DNA from: Octopus vulgaris | Lineage: Eukaryota | DNA length: 64,000 bases | Assembly: GCA_951406725.2 (NCBI GenBank) | Contig: OX597823.1 | Location: forward strand, 80,600,001-80,664,000 | Reading direction: 5' to 3' | Part shown: positions 1-13,700 of the stretch, one piece after another | Layout: each line of letters starts with the position of its first letter | How positions within the stretch are numbered: the first letter of the stretch is position 1 | Notes under the pieces: model-generated | The model's database searches: none | Told to the model about the DNA's origin: nothing | What the model saw: only the letters and a program-made list of their open reading frames with translations | Position numbers and translations under genes: made by a program

Positions 1-2176
1 TTTAAAATACCTGTATAATTTTTGTAAAAAAAATTTTAAAGTGATTTCGTTGTTATGGCTGTTTGGAACATTAAGTCTTACAATAATAACTATTTGGACC
101 AATTTTGGGCATTTTCTTTTTTAACTTAAAAACCATGGGTGGAGCCTTTTCAGTAAAAAAAACAAAACAAAACAAATTGTAAATATTTTCAGAGGAAAAG
201 GTGAACAATTCAAGAAAGGTTTCGCTGTTGTTTCTAGCACAACCCAAACTACCCTCTCTTTTTACTTTCACATATATTGATGTTTTTTTCAATACTTTTC
301 TCCCATTGAACACATTTTATGGAAAATTTGCTGCATAATTATACAGCAATTACTACAATATTGTGGTTGCACAATATCCATTAAAAAGAGAAAATTTTCT
401 GCTTTGACAATTGTCCTTTGCAATTTAAAGAAATCTTGAGCAAGTTGAGAGAATTGTGGCACAATGCTACAATTCTTAAGGTGGTCTATGGACAATTCAG
501 TTGACTCCTATCACTGACTGGTACTTTCTTTATGAACTTATGAAAGATGAAAGGTGAAGTTGACCTAAGCAGGATTTGAACTATACCAATTCTGTCAATG
601 CCCCCTTCTCCAAGAAGGTAATACTAAAAAAAGTAGATCACACAATGTCCTCACCTTCTGTTAAACTGAATAGGTTGAAGGTGGATTATTTTGTAAACTA
701 ACACACCAAACACAATCTGAAAATTGATATTTAAAAAGTTGTAATGATTTAGTTTGTTATATAGTTTTACTATTCATTTGCATTTCAAAATTTATATAAC
801 CAAGAAGCATGAAATTTATGTTAATTGATTCATTAACAGTTGTCTGAGGTTTGCTTCCAAAAGGATATTTAATTTATCTAAATCACTTTATTACTCTTAT
901 TTAAATCTTTGTCTTTACAGTTCATTAATTATCAATATCAGTATTTTAAAGTTACAGTGGAAGCTGTATATTTTAGTAATAGATAAAGTTATTAAATGGT
1001 TATAGTTATCAAGATTAATGTGTTCTAAACAGAGTAAGAATATTTACTGTTATTCACTGGTTATTCTTTTCTTAAAGAGACTGTCTTAAAGTGATCTAGA
1101 CAATCCACTGTATATGAATTTATTTGACTCTATTATCCATTGTGGTAAATTTTATCTTGTAATTTTAAATTTTAAAATAAACATTTTCTCTTCAATTGCA
1201 TGAGATTTTTTCCACATGAAATTTTGATTTTCAAAAGATATTTTTATCTTTTATCTATTTTGAGCCATTGGACTGAGGCCATACTGGTGCACCACTTCGA
1301 AAGATTTTAGTCAAACAAATCAAACCCAGGGCTTATTTTTAAGTCTGTTACATATTCTGTTGGTCTCTTTTGCCAAACCACTAAGTTGAGGTAAACAAAC
1401 CAACATCAGTCGTCAAGTGGTTGGGGAGGGGCAGTTACAAACCCAAAGACACACACACACATATATAGAAATGTGTGTGTGTGTGTGTATGTGTATCAGC
1501 ATCATCATCATTTAATATCCATTTTACATGCCGGCATGGGTTGGGTGGTTTGATCAGAGCTAGCAATCCAGAGAGCTATACTAGGTTCCACTTTGATATG
1601 GCTTGGTTTCTATGGCTGCATGCCCTTCCTAAAACCAGCCACTTAACAGTGTGTGCTAGGAACTTTTTAACATAGCACTAGTATAAGTGCTTTTATGTGT
1701 GTATATGTGTGTGTGTATGTGTGAGTGTGTGTGTGTATGCACAACAGGCTTCATTCAATTTCCATCTACCAAATCCATTTACAAGACTTTGGTTAGCTCA
1801 GAGTTATTTATTTCTCTGTTAATTTTACATTAAGTCAGTTCATGGTTTACTCATAAAATGATTGTAGACATGTTAAGAGGTATTAAAAATTCTAAAGAAA
1901 ATAAACTGAGACTGTAATATATAGCCATGACTAAAATTTGACTACTTGATATAAACAATGATTCATGTCAGAATATAGCAAAGAATGTCATGTCTTAAAT
2001 TAATCTTACTAATCAGTCATTGGTTTTTTTCGTTTAAGTAAAATAGTTTTGGTATTTTAGTTCTTTAAAGTAATTTCTTGCAAGTTATCTTTAAGATAAA
2101 TCTTCATACTTTGCCTTGTAGAATTTGTTTCCAATATTTCAGCATGAAAGTTAACTTGATATTTAGGATAGCAATA

Positions 2177-2765
2177 AGGCGGCAAGTTAGCAGAATCGTT
2201 AGCATGCCATGCAAGATGCTTACCAGCATTTTGTCTGTCTTTATGTTCTGAGTTCAAATTCTGCTGAGGTCAGTTTTGCCTTTTATCCTTTTGAGTGGGG
2301 GCAGGCGATAAAATAAGTACCAGTTGTGTATTGAAGTTGATGTAATAGGCAGCAAACTGACATAATTGTTAGCACGTCAGGCGAAATGCATAGCGGTATT
2401 TCATCTGTCTTTATGTTTTGAGTTCAAATTCCGCCAAGGTCGACTTTACCTTTCATCCTTTCGGGGTTGATAAATTAAGTATAGGGCGGCGAGCTAGCAG
2501 AATCGCTAGCACGCTGGATGAAGTGCTTAGCGGTATTTCAGCCATTACTACATTCTGAGATCAAATTCCGTCGAGGTCAACTTTGCCTTTCATCCTTTCG
2601 GGGTCGGTAAAATAAGTACCAGTGAAACACTGGGGCTGCTGTAATTGACTGGTCCCCTCCCCAAAAATTTCAGGCCTTGTGCCTATAGCAGAAAGGGATT
2701 GATGTAATTGACTCAGCTGCTTCCTCAAACTTGCTGGTCTTGTGCCAAAATTAAAAATTGATATT
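2177..2765 (+). mobile_element. Nested cluster of tRNA-derived SINE family B (GGCGGCGAGCTGGCAGAATCGTTAGC...GAGTTCAAATTCC...)
   Basis: Three heads in 600 bp; B-box GAGTTCAAATTCC. Further copies at 7262-8150, 16310-16625, 18565-18770, 30627-30857 (-), 36165-36360, 44190-44643, 46975-47165 (-), 51313-51545 (-). Confidence 0.85.
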
Positions 2766-3034
2766 TAGGATAGCTGTAATTGGTTCTTCATTGTAATTAG
2801 TGAGGTTCTGCAAATATTATGTGAGTGGTTATCTTATACTTGTTTCAGTTGTTAGACTGTGGCCATGCTGGTGCACTGCCTTGAAGGATTTACTCAAGCA
2901 AATTGACCCCTGTTCATATTTTTAAGTCTTATACTTGTTCTGTCTGTATCTTTTGCAGAACTGCTGAGTTCTGGTAGCATAAACAAACCACAATTGTCCT
3001 AGTGAGGGACAAACACAAACTCAAAGACACAAAT

Positions 3035-3196
3035 ACACACACACACACACTCTCTCTCTCTCTCTTTCACACACACACACACACTCTCTCTCTCTCTCTC
3101 TCTCTTTCACACACACACACACTCTCTCTGTCTCTCTCTCTCTCTCTTTCACACACACACACACACCATCATATCATTATCATCATCACCACCACC

Positions 3197-3243
<47 letters not shown>

Positions 3244-3262
3244 ATATATATATATATATATA
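3035..3262. repeat. Compound microsatellite (CA)n/(CT)n/(CAT)n/(CAC)n/(TA)n, representative of dozens in the window
   Basis: Directly visible; such tracts explain most low-complexity ORFs in the ORF track. Confidence 0.95.
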
Positions 3263-3386
3263 TTCTGTTGTGTCTGGGGAGAGTCATTTTTTTTTGTGCC
3301 TTATAATGTAACACACTCACTTACCAGTGAATGTGTTACATTATAAGGCACAAAAAGAAATGACTCTCCCCAGACACAACAGAATA
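3261..3386. repeat. Fold-back, arms about 60 bp, 4-nt loop, between (TA)n tracts
   Basis: TATTCTGTTGTGTCTGGGGAGAGTCATTT... / ...AAATGACTCTCCCCAGACACAACAGAATA. Confidence 0.93.
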
Positions 3387-3439
3387 TGCTTAAACACACA
3401 AACTCATATAAAGAACCTTGTAAACCACATCCAAAAACG

Positions 3440-3486
<47 letters not shown>

Positions 3487-4590
3487 TATATCATTCAACT
3501 AGGCTTGTAGTTGAATAATATTTTTAAGACCGCAATTTACTCACATGCAACATCTTTCAGACTTTGTCACTAATTCAGTTTTTAACCAAACTGAAAACTG
3601 TTAGCAACTTTTGAAGAGGACTGATCCCTAGCTACATTTTGACATAAAAAAAAATTTAGATGTGGTCCAGTAGAAAAAAGTTTAGATCAAAATTTGTAGC
3701 AACATTTTAGGAGAGTAAGTAATGCCACCAATCAAGTTTGTATCAAAATAATTTTCTCATTTTAAAATCAAAATATATTTATCTTAGCTTCAATGATAGA
3801 AGGAAGCATGAGAAATTTCATAGTTTTCATCCCATGCAACAAAAATTTGCATCAAAAATGTTGTGAGGTAAAATATCATTAAAAAAATACAAGTAAGGCA
3901 AAACATTGGATTTAAGTATAATTAACTTTTTTATTTTAAATATAAACTATAGTTTAATTAAGCTTAAATGATAGAGCTCAATTCGAGGAATTTCATGGTA
4001 TCAATCACAGGCAATGAAATTGTAAAAGAAAAAAGTTATGAGTGTTTGTTTCATTAATTTGAGGGTGATAATATAGTTCTATACATTTTTATGAATATAG
4101 TTCTATAAGGGGACTTTTAATATTTATGCCACCGGTATCATTGAGGTAAGGAAAAAATTATCAATGACACCGTTAAGTTTTAAAATATTATTTAGAAATT
4201 TTCTTGTTCTGTACTTTACCAGGTGTAATAAGTTGTCTTGAAATTCTCCAGGTTTATAATCTTAAGAATATTATTTTTCTTGCTCACATTTTTCCATGTA
4301 ATATATATATATATATATATATATATCATTATTTAATGCTTATGTTCTATGCTGGCATATATGATAAGCTACTTTTAGTTTCCATCTACTAAATTCACTG
4401 ACGAGGCATTGGTCAGCTTGGGGCTATAATAGAAGACACTAGCCTAAGATGCCACACATTTAGATTGAACTTGAGACCACATAGCTGGAAGCAAGCTTCA
4501 CAACCACACAACCATGCCTGTACCTAAACAAGTACCAGCCACTGGATGTCGAAACCCAAGAGTTTTAAATTTAAATTATCCTATACTTAA

Positions 4591-5665
4591 CCCTTTCGTT
4601 ACTATATTTCTGACCAAAATACACCCCTTATGTGTTTCAATTAATTTCTAACATAATCATAAATTTAGTCTGGTTTCATTAAACAACTATAACTTTTTAT
4701 TTATCAATATATTAACGTGAATTTTGGAAGATAATTTAATGAAATGTTCTCAACCAATTCTATACTATAATTTTTGTCACAAAGTGACTCTAATTGCAGG
4801 TAGATACAGGTAAATTCAACAAAATATAAAATTATTAAAATTTTGTTCAAACATCGCTGTAGAAAATGGGTTATTAGCTAATATTCAATTGGGTATACAA
4901 CAAAATTTTACGATAGAATTTGTTATTCTGGGTAACTTTCTGATACCCATAATAATATTTATGGCAAAATAGTCTTAATTTCATTTAAGGTTATGGGAAA
5001 CCACTAACTATCCTTTCTTTCGTTTTGTTTACATTTAGCGTAACTGTTCGTTTCCGCTGTAATGATTTCAAATAGGCTCATTCGAAAAAGTAAAAAGAAA
5101 TAGTCTAAGGCTTTACTCTTCTGGGAAAGTCTGTGGCTTGGTCCAGTTTCTTCAGAAAAATCACCGAAAGAAACAGTTTTTAAATTTTCACTCCATTCAG
5201 GTGCCAATTCATTTTCTTTATCGCTGTCGGAGCTCTCGGATTCACTGTTTTCACTTTCGGAAAATGAAACATCAGATTCATTATCAAATACCACATGCTT
5301 TTTTTTTTCAGTCATAGAGTTAGATTTATGAAGGTCTTCAGTAGAAAATCCTTCGAATTCTGACTCGCTGCTTGATATAATGAAATTCGTATCCATTTTT
5401 TGTCAGAATTACAAATTTTGAAAACACAATAGGAACAAATTTCGGAAAAAAATCTCCCAAAATTCACGGAATTAAAATTACACTTCGATTTTTGTACAAA
5501 ACTGTAGTTGAACTCTTTACGAAGTATAATACGTATTTTCACGAATGTACTAAAGAGATTTGCTCTGATATTCTCATTTAAATATGAATAGGTAAATTCG
5601 GGCGGCTTTGGGTGGTTTGGTCACATTAACCAAAATTTTTTTCGGGCGGTTTGGTAACGAAAGGG
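4591..5665 (-). mobile_element. piggyBac deletion derivative that keeps the transposase N-terminus (ORF 5396-5004)
   Basis: TTAA TSDs (4587-4590, 5666-5669); perfect 12-bp TIR CCCTTTCGTTAC/GTAACGAAAGGG; ORF with acidic Ser-rich N-terminus, then YFFLLF...IITAETNSYA typical of piggyBac/PGBD transposases. Confidence 0.9.
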
Positions 5666-5740
5666 TTAAACTATTACACATTGCCTCTTTTTACCATTCT
5701 CATTTATATAAGAATTAACCAGTGGGTTTATTTATTTTAG

Positions 5741-5860
5741 GCACTGGTTGATCCAAGAATTGAGATTATGAAGTCAAAAATTGACAGTATTATTCATGAA
5801 GATACAAAATATCAAAAAGGTGTTCTTAATATGAAAACTCAGAAGTGTTTTGCTGTAAAG
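5741..5860 (+). CDS. MSH4: MSH4 exon a (120 nt) [40 protein letters not shown]
   Basis: ttttag| acceptor, |gtaaat donor, phase 0/0; MSH4-like peptide. Confidence 0.95.
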
Positions 5861-6637
5861 GTAAATAATTTTATAATGACAATATAATTTCCCTAATTTT
5901 CTAATGAGTCATCATCATTTTAACATGCTCTTTTCCATGCTTGCATAGGGTGAATGAAGTTCTTTGTAGCATATTTTCTGTGGCTGGATGCCCTTCCTGT
6001 CACCAACCTTCATTTCCTTTCCAAGGAACATATTTCCTCTTGACCGAACATGTTTTCATGGAAAATTGGAAACGAACAACACAACTTGTATGATGGTATC
6101 ACTCATTTACATTCATCACACGATGTCAAGACAAGGAGACACACACACACTCACCCATACACAAATGCATACATACATACATACATACATTCACATACAT
6201 ACATACACACATACATGCACATACACACAGACACACACATGCATGCACACACACACACACACATACACACAACACACTTCTTTAACACACTTCTACCAAA
6301 TCCACTCACATGGCTTCGGTCAGTCTGGAGCTATAGTAGAAGGTTCCATGCAGTGGAACTGAACCAGAGATCATGTGGTTGGAAAGCAAACTTCTTCACT
6401 ATACAGACATGCCTACTATATAACTAGTATTTATTTCAACACAGCTAAAAATAGGATTTTTTTCATTACTCTTTTACTCTTTTACTTGTTTCAGTCATTT
6501 GACTGTGGCCATGCTGAAGCACTGCCTTTAGTCGAGCAAATCGACCCCAGGACTTATTCTTTGTAAGCCTAGTACTTATTCTATCGGTCTCTTTTGCAAA
6601 AATGTGAAAGACTATTTGAAGTTAGGAAATTTGTCCT

Positions 6638-6712
<75 letters not shown>

Positions 6713-9700
6713 GTATGTATCTGTCTTTCTCTTTCTTCTTTTTTTTTTGTCAGCATACAATTTATATAATTTTGTAATGTTTTGCAGGGTTTTTAAAAAA
6801 TAATTTCACCTAATGTAAAATTTAAAACTAACTTTGACTCATAAGATCTAAAATTTTTCATTCAGTAGATTTTTTTAAAATATGAATTTACAACTAGAAA
6901 AAATTTTTCAAAACAGAAAACACAAAAGACAAAACTCTTGAAAAGACTTGTTTTATTTTGTAAGCAATTTTTTTTTATTTTGAGGAAAAACATTCTATAA
7001 GATTTTGAAATAACAGTATTTACATTTATTTATTTTTTTATTTTGTAGCCAAATATAAATGGTAAGTACAAAAATGTTTCCATATTACGGTAAATCTCCT
7101 GAGAAAAATATTCTAAGATTCCAATAGCACATGATGTTTGTTTTATTCCTGTTTAGAAAGGTTATTTATCTGTGCTATGCTGATTTTTAAGGTACAATTT
7201 TTTTATCAATAATGGCTTTCAAATTTCTAAGATTGTCTGATTCTCCAATAATATTTTATTTCATGCCAGGTGAAATGCTTAGCGGTATTTCATCTGCCGT
7301 TACGTTCTGAGTTCAAATTCCGCTGAGATCGACTTTGCCTTTCATCCTTTCGGGGTCGATAAATTAAGTACCAGTTATTTACTGGCATCAATGTAATCGA
7401 CTTAATCCGTTTGTCTGTCCTTGTTTGTCTGTCCTTGTTTGTCCTCTCTGTGTATAGCCCCTTGTGGGTAGTAAAGAAATAGGTATTTCACCTGTCTTTA
7501 TGTTCTGAGTTCAAATTCTGTCAAGGTTGACTTTGCCTTTCATCCTTTTGGTGAGGGGGTGGGGGGCAATAAATTAAGTACCAGTTGCATACTGGGGTCA
7601 ATCTAATTGACTGGCCCCCTCCCCTAAAATTTCGGGCCTTGTGCCTAGAGTAGAAAAGAATATTTTATTGAAGAGAAACTAGCTGTTAATATTTTCTGCC
7701 TTGATAAAGTGGTAAGCTGGCTGAATCATTAACATCCCGGACAAAATGCTGAGCAGCATTTCATCTGTCTTTATGTTCTGAGTTCAAATTCTGCTAAGGT
7801 CGACTTTGCCTTTCATCCTTTCAGGGTCGATAAAATAAGTACCAGTTAACACTGGAGTTGATATAATCAAGTCATTCCCTTCCCTTGAAATTGCTGGCCT
7901 TGTGCCAAAATTTGAAATCAATATTTTCTACATTGTTAAAGCATCAAGCTGGCAGAATCGTTAGTGTGTTGGGCAAAATGCTTGGTAGCGTTTTGTTTGT
8001 CATTATGTTCTGGGTTCAAATTCCGCTAAGGTCAATTTTTCCTTTCATCCTTTCAGTGTTGATAAAATATATACCAGTTTGACACTGGGGTGAATGTAAT
8101 CAACTTGACCCATCTTCCAAAATGACTGGCTTTGTGTCAGTATTTGAAAACATTATTATTATTATTATTATTAATGTGTCTGTGTACATATATATGTAGA
8201 GATAGATAAACAGACTGACAAACATGCATCTGGCATTCACACACGCACATGCACACGCATGCACACACACACACAACTTCAGGTGCATACAACCCAACAA
8301 AGGAGTTTCTACATGATTGTCTTACCTGTGAGAAATGGCAGCTAAATCACTCTTTTATCACACCCTACTACCTTTGTAAAGTAAAAACAAAAACAATGTA
8401 TTCTTAGATGTTTCTGAATAATAAAAAAAACAGGATGGTCAAAGCTGTAATGCCTTTATTCATAATTCTTCTGGTCAAGGTGACCTGGTCCTAAACAACG
8501 GCAAATTTGGTATATTTTTACCTTTTTTTCATAACCTTTTGATTATTTTTTCTCTTTGTTTGTTAGGTTGTTTTTTGATTTATAAATAGTTGTGAATTTA
8601 TTATAAAATTTGTTTGCAAAAGCAAGAAAATATTTTGTGTCATTGTAATTTTAAAAATAATAATATATCTCTTTATTTATTTATTAACCATTAATATATA
8701 AATGACATTAAAATGTTTCAGTGTGAGCAAGCAAATACCCACGACATCATCATCTTCAAGTCTTAGGACTCAAAGGGCCAGTTATCCAGTTTTTATGGTG
8801 CATAAGTGACTGAGATCGCAATATTCCCTCTAAATGGGATGCCAGTTCATCGTACTGTTACTCATTTACAGGGACCAAAACTGCAAGCTGCAATTATGAG
8901 AGCAATACCCTAACCACCAGGTCACGCAAGTTCACAAACCAGTGAGAAGAGGACCTTTAAGTGGCCATCTGATATGCCAGAAGTGGGAGTTAAATCTTTT
9001 AAGCAAAACCCTGCTGTCTTAAAGAAAAGAGATACATTGGATAACGCAGTTTGGAGTACACTATAACTAATAAAAATAAAGGTGGGATAGTCATATTTGG
9101 AATGCCTTATAAGTCTACCCAGTTAGAACATATCTGTAGTCAAACAACAACATAAAAATGTCATTAACCTTAGAAACCTAACCCTCGTTCTATCTTGATG
9201 TCATTTCTATGTTGTGACATTTATTTCAAAGGAACTACCTTGCAGAGGAAAAACTGGATTTACTAACTATCACAATTCACTCTGCCCACCTACCTCAATT
9301 AGTTTCTTTTCTTTTATTTCTCTTTTCATTTCTGACTGTTTATTTCTCCCTTTCTTTCTTATATTAATTTTGAAAATACCTCCTTTGCAATGCAACCGGT
9401 TCATTATTTCTTGCTATATGTTGGAAACAATGACGCAGCATTTGATCTTTTCTTCACACCCCTCTCTCTCTCTCTCTCATTCCCTTTCTTCTCTACTGTC
9501 ACCTCTCTCTATATCTACTGCCCACCCTCTCTTTCCTTCTCTCTCTCTCTTCTCTCTCTTTCCTCTCTCTCTCCTTCTCTCTCCTCTCTCTCCCCTCTCT
9601 CCTTCTCTCTCTCATGCTGTATCTCTAACATTCATTAAATTTATCGAAGCTTAACTGGGCTCAGACAAAGACAGCTTGGAAGTCACAGGATTTAGTAGTA

Positions 9701-10682
9701 ATTTTTAAAATAGACACAAGCCCTTGAATTTTGGATAGGAGTTCTATTAAGTGACCTCTTCATTATGTGAGCTCTTCAATCCCCAATACTTGTACTTTAT
9801 TTTATTGACCCTAGAGGGATAAAAGGCAAAATTGACCTCAGGCAGCAATCTTATTGCTTACTTTACACATTCAGTTTATTTTTACACAAGTTTACATGTA
9901 GCTGGTTTCATTTCTTTTGATTACATATTATCATTTTACTCTATTGCCAATAACTTGATCATTTGCTATACTAACTTCAAGAAACTGGTCAACTACTTGA
10001 TCAGGAGAATACTCACTAGGAAGCAAAACAGACAGTAAATTGTGAATACTAAATTTTCCCTATTAAAGATTGCACCACTTGACATAAAACTAGAGACCAA
10101 CAACCTCAGGATAAGATCTAGACCAGTGGTTCTCAGCCGGAGTGCATTTAAAAACATTTTGGTGGGGTCCACAATAGTATTTTAAGTATTCATGTAAAGT
10201 TTTGATTTAAATGTATCTATTGAAAGAAACAGTAAATTTTCTTTCTCTAATGTTTTACATAGTTCGACCTACGCAAGTTGATGTGTGAATAATAAAATAG
10301 GAATTTTGAAATAAATATCTATCAAACAAGTTTTTAAACATCAAATGGCTATGGAGGTTCATCAGAATAAAATAGTAAGCACTAATTTAGACAAACGGGG
10401 AGGAGGACAGTGAAACAGCAGAAAAAGTAATCTATGAGACTAAATTACCCATTGTTTTTAGTGTTGCATCTCTTCATTCTAAGTTTTAATGAGAGTTGAT
10501 TATTTAGTTTCCAGTCGTAGGAGTGGCTGTGTGGTAAGTAGCTTGCTTACGAACCACATGGTTCTGGGTTCAGTCCCACTGTGTGGCACCTTGGGCAAGT
10601 GTCTTCTACTATAGCCTCAGGCCGACCAAAGCCTTGTGAGTGGATTTGGTAGATGGAAACTGAAAGAAGCCCGTCGTATATA

Positions 10683-10737
<55 letters not shown>

Positions 10738-13700
10738 ATATGTTTGTGTGTCTGTGTTTGTCCCACCAACATAGCTTGACAATCGATGCTGGTGTGTTTA
10801 TGTCCCTGTAACTTAGCGGTTTGGCAAAAGAGACTGATAGAATAAGTACTAGGCTTACAAACGATATGTCTTGGGGTCGATTTGCTTGACTAAAAGGTGG
10901 TGCTCCAGCATGGCCACTGTCAAATGACTGAAACAATTAAAGAGAGAATCATACACTGGAATCTGCTCTGTTAATTATGTTTCCCCTCCAAATTCTCTGT
11001 GGCTCTTCAGCATGGACACTGAACAAGAAGAGACTTGCAAAGAAGCTTGGTGGTACATACATGAGAATGCTTTGTGCAGTTCTCAATCTTTCTTGCCAGA
11101 AAGACTGCTATATAGTCATTACAAAGTAGCGACTGTATGGCAGTCTTCCTATCATCACCTCAATAATCAGAGTAAGGAGAATATGTTATGCAGGACACTG
11201 CTGGAGAAGCAAGGATGAAATATTCAGTAATCTCCTTTTCTGGAAACCAATATCAGAAAAATCAAGAACATATATTAATCAAGTTGTGGAAGACACTGGA
11301 TATCAAGTTAAGAATATCAAAGATGGGGACATTTGGTATGGAAGAGTTGCATTGGTCTGGGTAAGTCACCTGACTGGATAGATACAAATTTGTAACATTG
11401 CTTTTAGATAATCAAGATGAGAGGATAACAATGAAAGAATAATTAAGATGAATCCCATTCTGGAATGGATACCTCAGTAGTTAAGTTAAACAAATCAGCA
11501 GCAGAGTAAGCTATTATTAAAATGGCATCAGTTATAAGAGGGCTGCTAACATTTTCCCTGGATGGAATGTCAGTCCATTGCAGGGCTCCCCATCTACAGC
11601 TGAGTGGACTGGACCAATACCAAATGAAGCATTTGATTCAAGAATACAACACACTGCTAGTCAAGGAATTGAAACCACAGTCACAAGATCATAAGTGCAA
11701 CACCCTAACCACTTGGTCACACACCTTCACACACACACACATCCGGTGCAATCTCCCTGTGCACTATACTTACTTCTCTCACCCACCTTCCCCACCATGT
11801 GAAAATAATGAAATTATTTTCTCAGTTTTTTAATACTTGTTTGTTTTTCTCTTTTTGTATGTCTATTCAATTTAACATTATTTATACTCAAAAAAAAAAA
11901 AGAAAAGATATTGGTAAAAAAAAATTGTGTGAAATTTTTTTATTCAATATGACTATAATCTTAAAAAATAGAATATTTACATAGAATGGGTATTAGTTAT
12001 CATTTTAACTTCCTTGATACCAGTCTACACTTGGTTCTATGATACAGACTTTTGGTTTTAAGGTGATCTGAATAAAAACCTTCCATCAAAATTTCCTTTA
12101 AATTTATGTTCCAAACATTAACATAATAATAACTAAGTTATTTCTCAGGGTATCAGTCGTTATCTGACAGGTTTATAGTTGAACCTATGGCAGTTGAGAC
12201 TGCTGGTGTTCTTGGTTCCTGGAGCATATTCCTGTTCACTGCTATCAGAGCAGAGATTGCTGTCTGCAAATGCGAGCCCTGCTAGTTAGATTGGCTGTTC
12301 CAATGCATCTCCCTCACTATCGTCCAGGGTAATACCTTTTCCATGCTGTCTCTTGAGGCCATGAGTCCTTAAAATAAGATATAAGCACTGTAAAGTGGTT
12401 AGTAATAAGAATGGCATCCACTCATAGAAAGCAGTTTTCAAAATTAACTGAAATAAAGATGATATATTTTAACAGAAATATTGTAATAAAAAGGCTTAAG
12501 AGCGATGTATTAGCAGAATTTTTTAAGTAATTACAAAATACCTTGTGGTATTTGTTTATACTTCTCTATATTATGAGTTCAAGTTCCACCAGGGTTCAAT
12601 TTAGCTTTCATCCATACAGTGATTGATAAAATAAAGTACCTGTTATGTATTGCGATTAATGTGTGTGCTTATGTTAGAAATCATTACCATAGTCCTCTCA
12701 GATCATGATTTATGTTTTATTACAGGATTATTAGATGTGGCTCGCAGAACTTACACAGAGATTATTGATGATATTGCAGGTAATTAAAAACATTTAAGAA
12801 TACATAATCAAAGTATCCCAACAAGATGTCTTCAACAAAACTTAAATAATAATTGTGTGTGTATGTGTGGGTGTGTTGTGTGTGTGTGGGTGAGTGTGTG
12901 TGTGTAAATTTATACAACATGGAGATGGAAAAAACAAGTTTTAATCATAAATTACATCATTTGTTTCTGCACCAGACAACAGCTTTAAGTTACTGAGTTT
13001 TCATTCATGTACTATTACATAAAATTATTTTAGAACATAACTAGCAGTATCACCCAGCGTTGCTCAGGTTTGTTTCGACCCTTTAGAATTGGAATTTTTG
13101 AAAAGTAAAAATTTTGCATTATGTAACTTGTTATTCTCTTTAAGTGAACATTTTTCTGGTTGAAATACACCAAAAAAAGGCGATACAGCAGTCAAAAAAT
13201 CGTAAAAAATAGGGATTTTCATAGAAAAAAAAAGCATCTTTTTGATGTAAAATGTTTTTGGTGTTAACATGGTCCAATTTGAATTTTATCTTCTACGGAA
13301 TGAAGAGCAAGCCTTCTTCTATCATACACTCAATTTTGGCCAACTTGTGCCGCAGGGTCTTGGAGGAGATAGTGTTAGTTGAAGACTACCAAACCTGCCA
13401 TACACAGACAACTTCAGCTTTATATATAAAGATTACATAAATAGATATGATTCAGGAACAGCTGTGTGTCAGTTCTTCACCGGGTAGAATGGGTTTAAAG
13501 CATTATGTTATAAAATAATTTTATGTAATAGTACTTGAATAAGAACTTCTATAGTAAGCTTTACTTTTGTTCCACTAGAGATAACAAAATAAATCCAAGT
13601 GTGTATTGTTGTTTGGTTCAACCAGCCCCATCAAATGTTTGGCCTTGTGCTAATCATAACAAATCATTATAACAACATATATTAACGATGTTTATAACCC

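Noticed and set aside
1078-1144. Exon-like segment cttaaag|...|gtaaat
   Set aside because: Stop codons in all three frames; no MSH4 similarity
2484-2580. SINE heads as genuine tRNA genes
   Set aside because: They have A/B-box-like motifs but no cloverleaf or Pol III terminator, and they continue into the SINE body in many copies
3711-3714. Possible 4-nt microexon ttttag|GAGA|gtaagt upstream of exon a
   Set aside because: Weak pyrimidine tract, and it cannot be tested for frame or homology without the upstream exon
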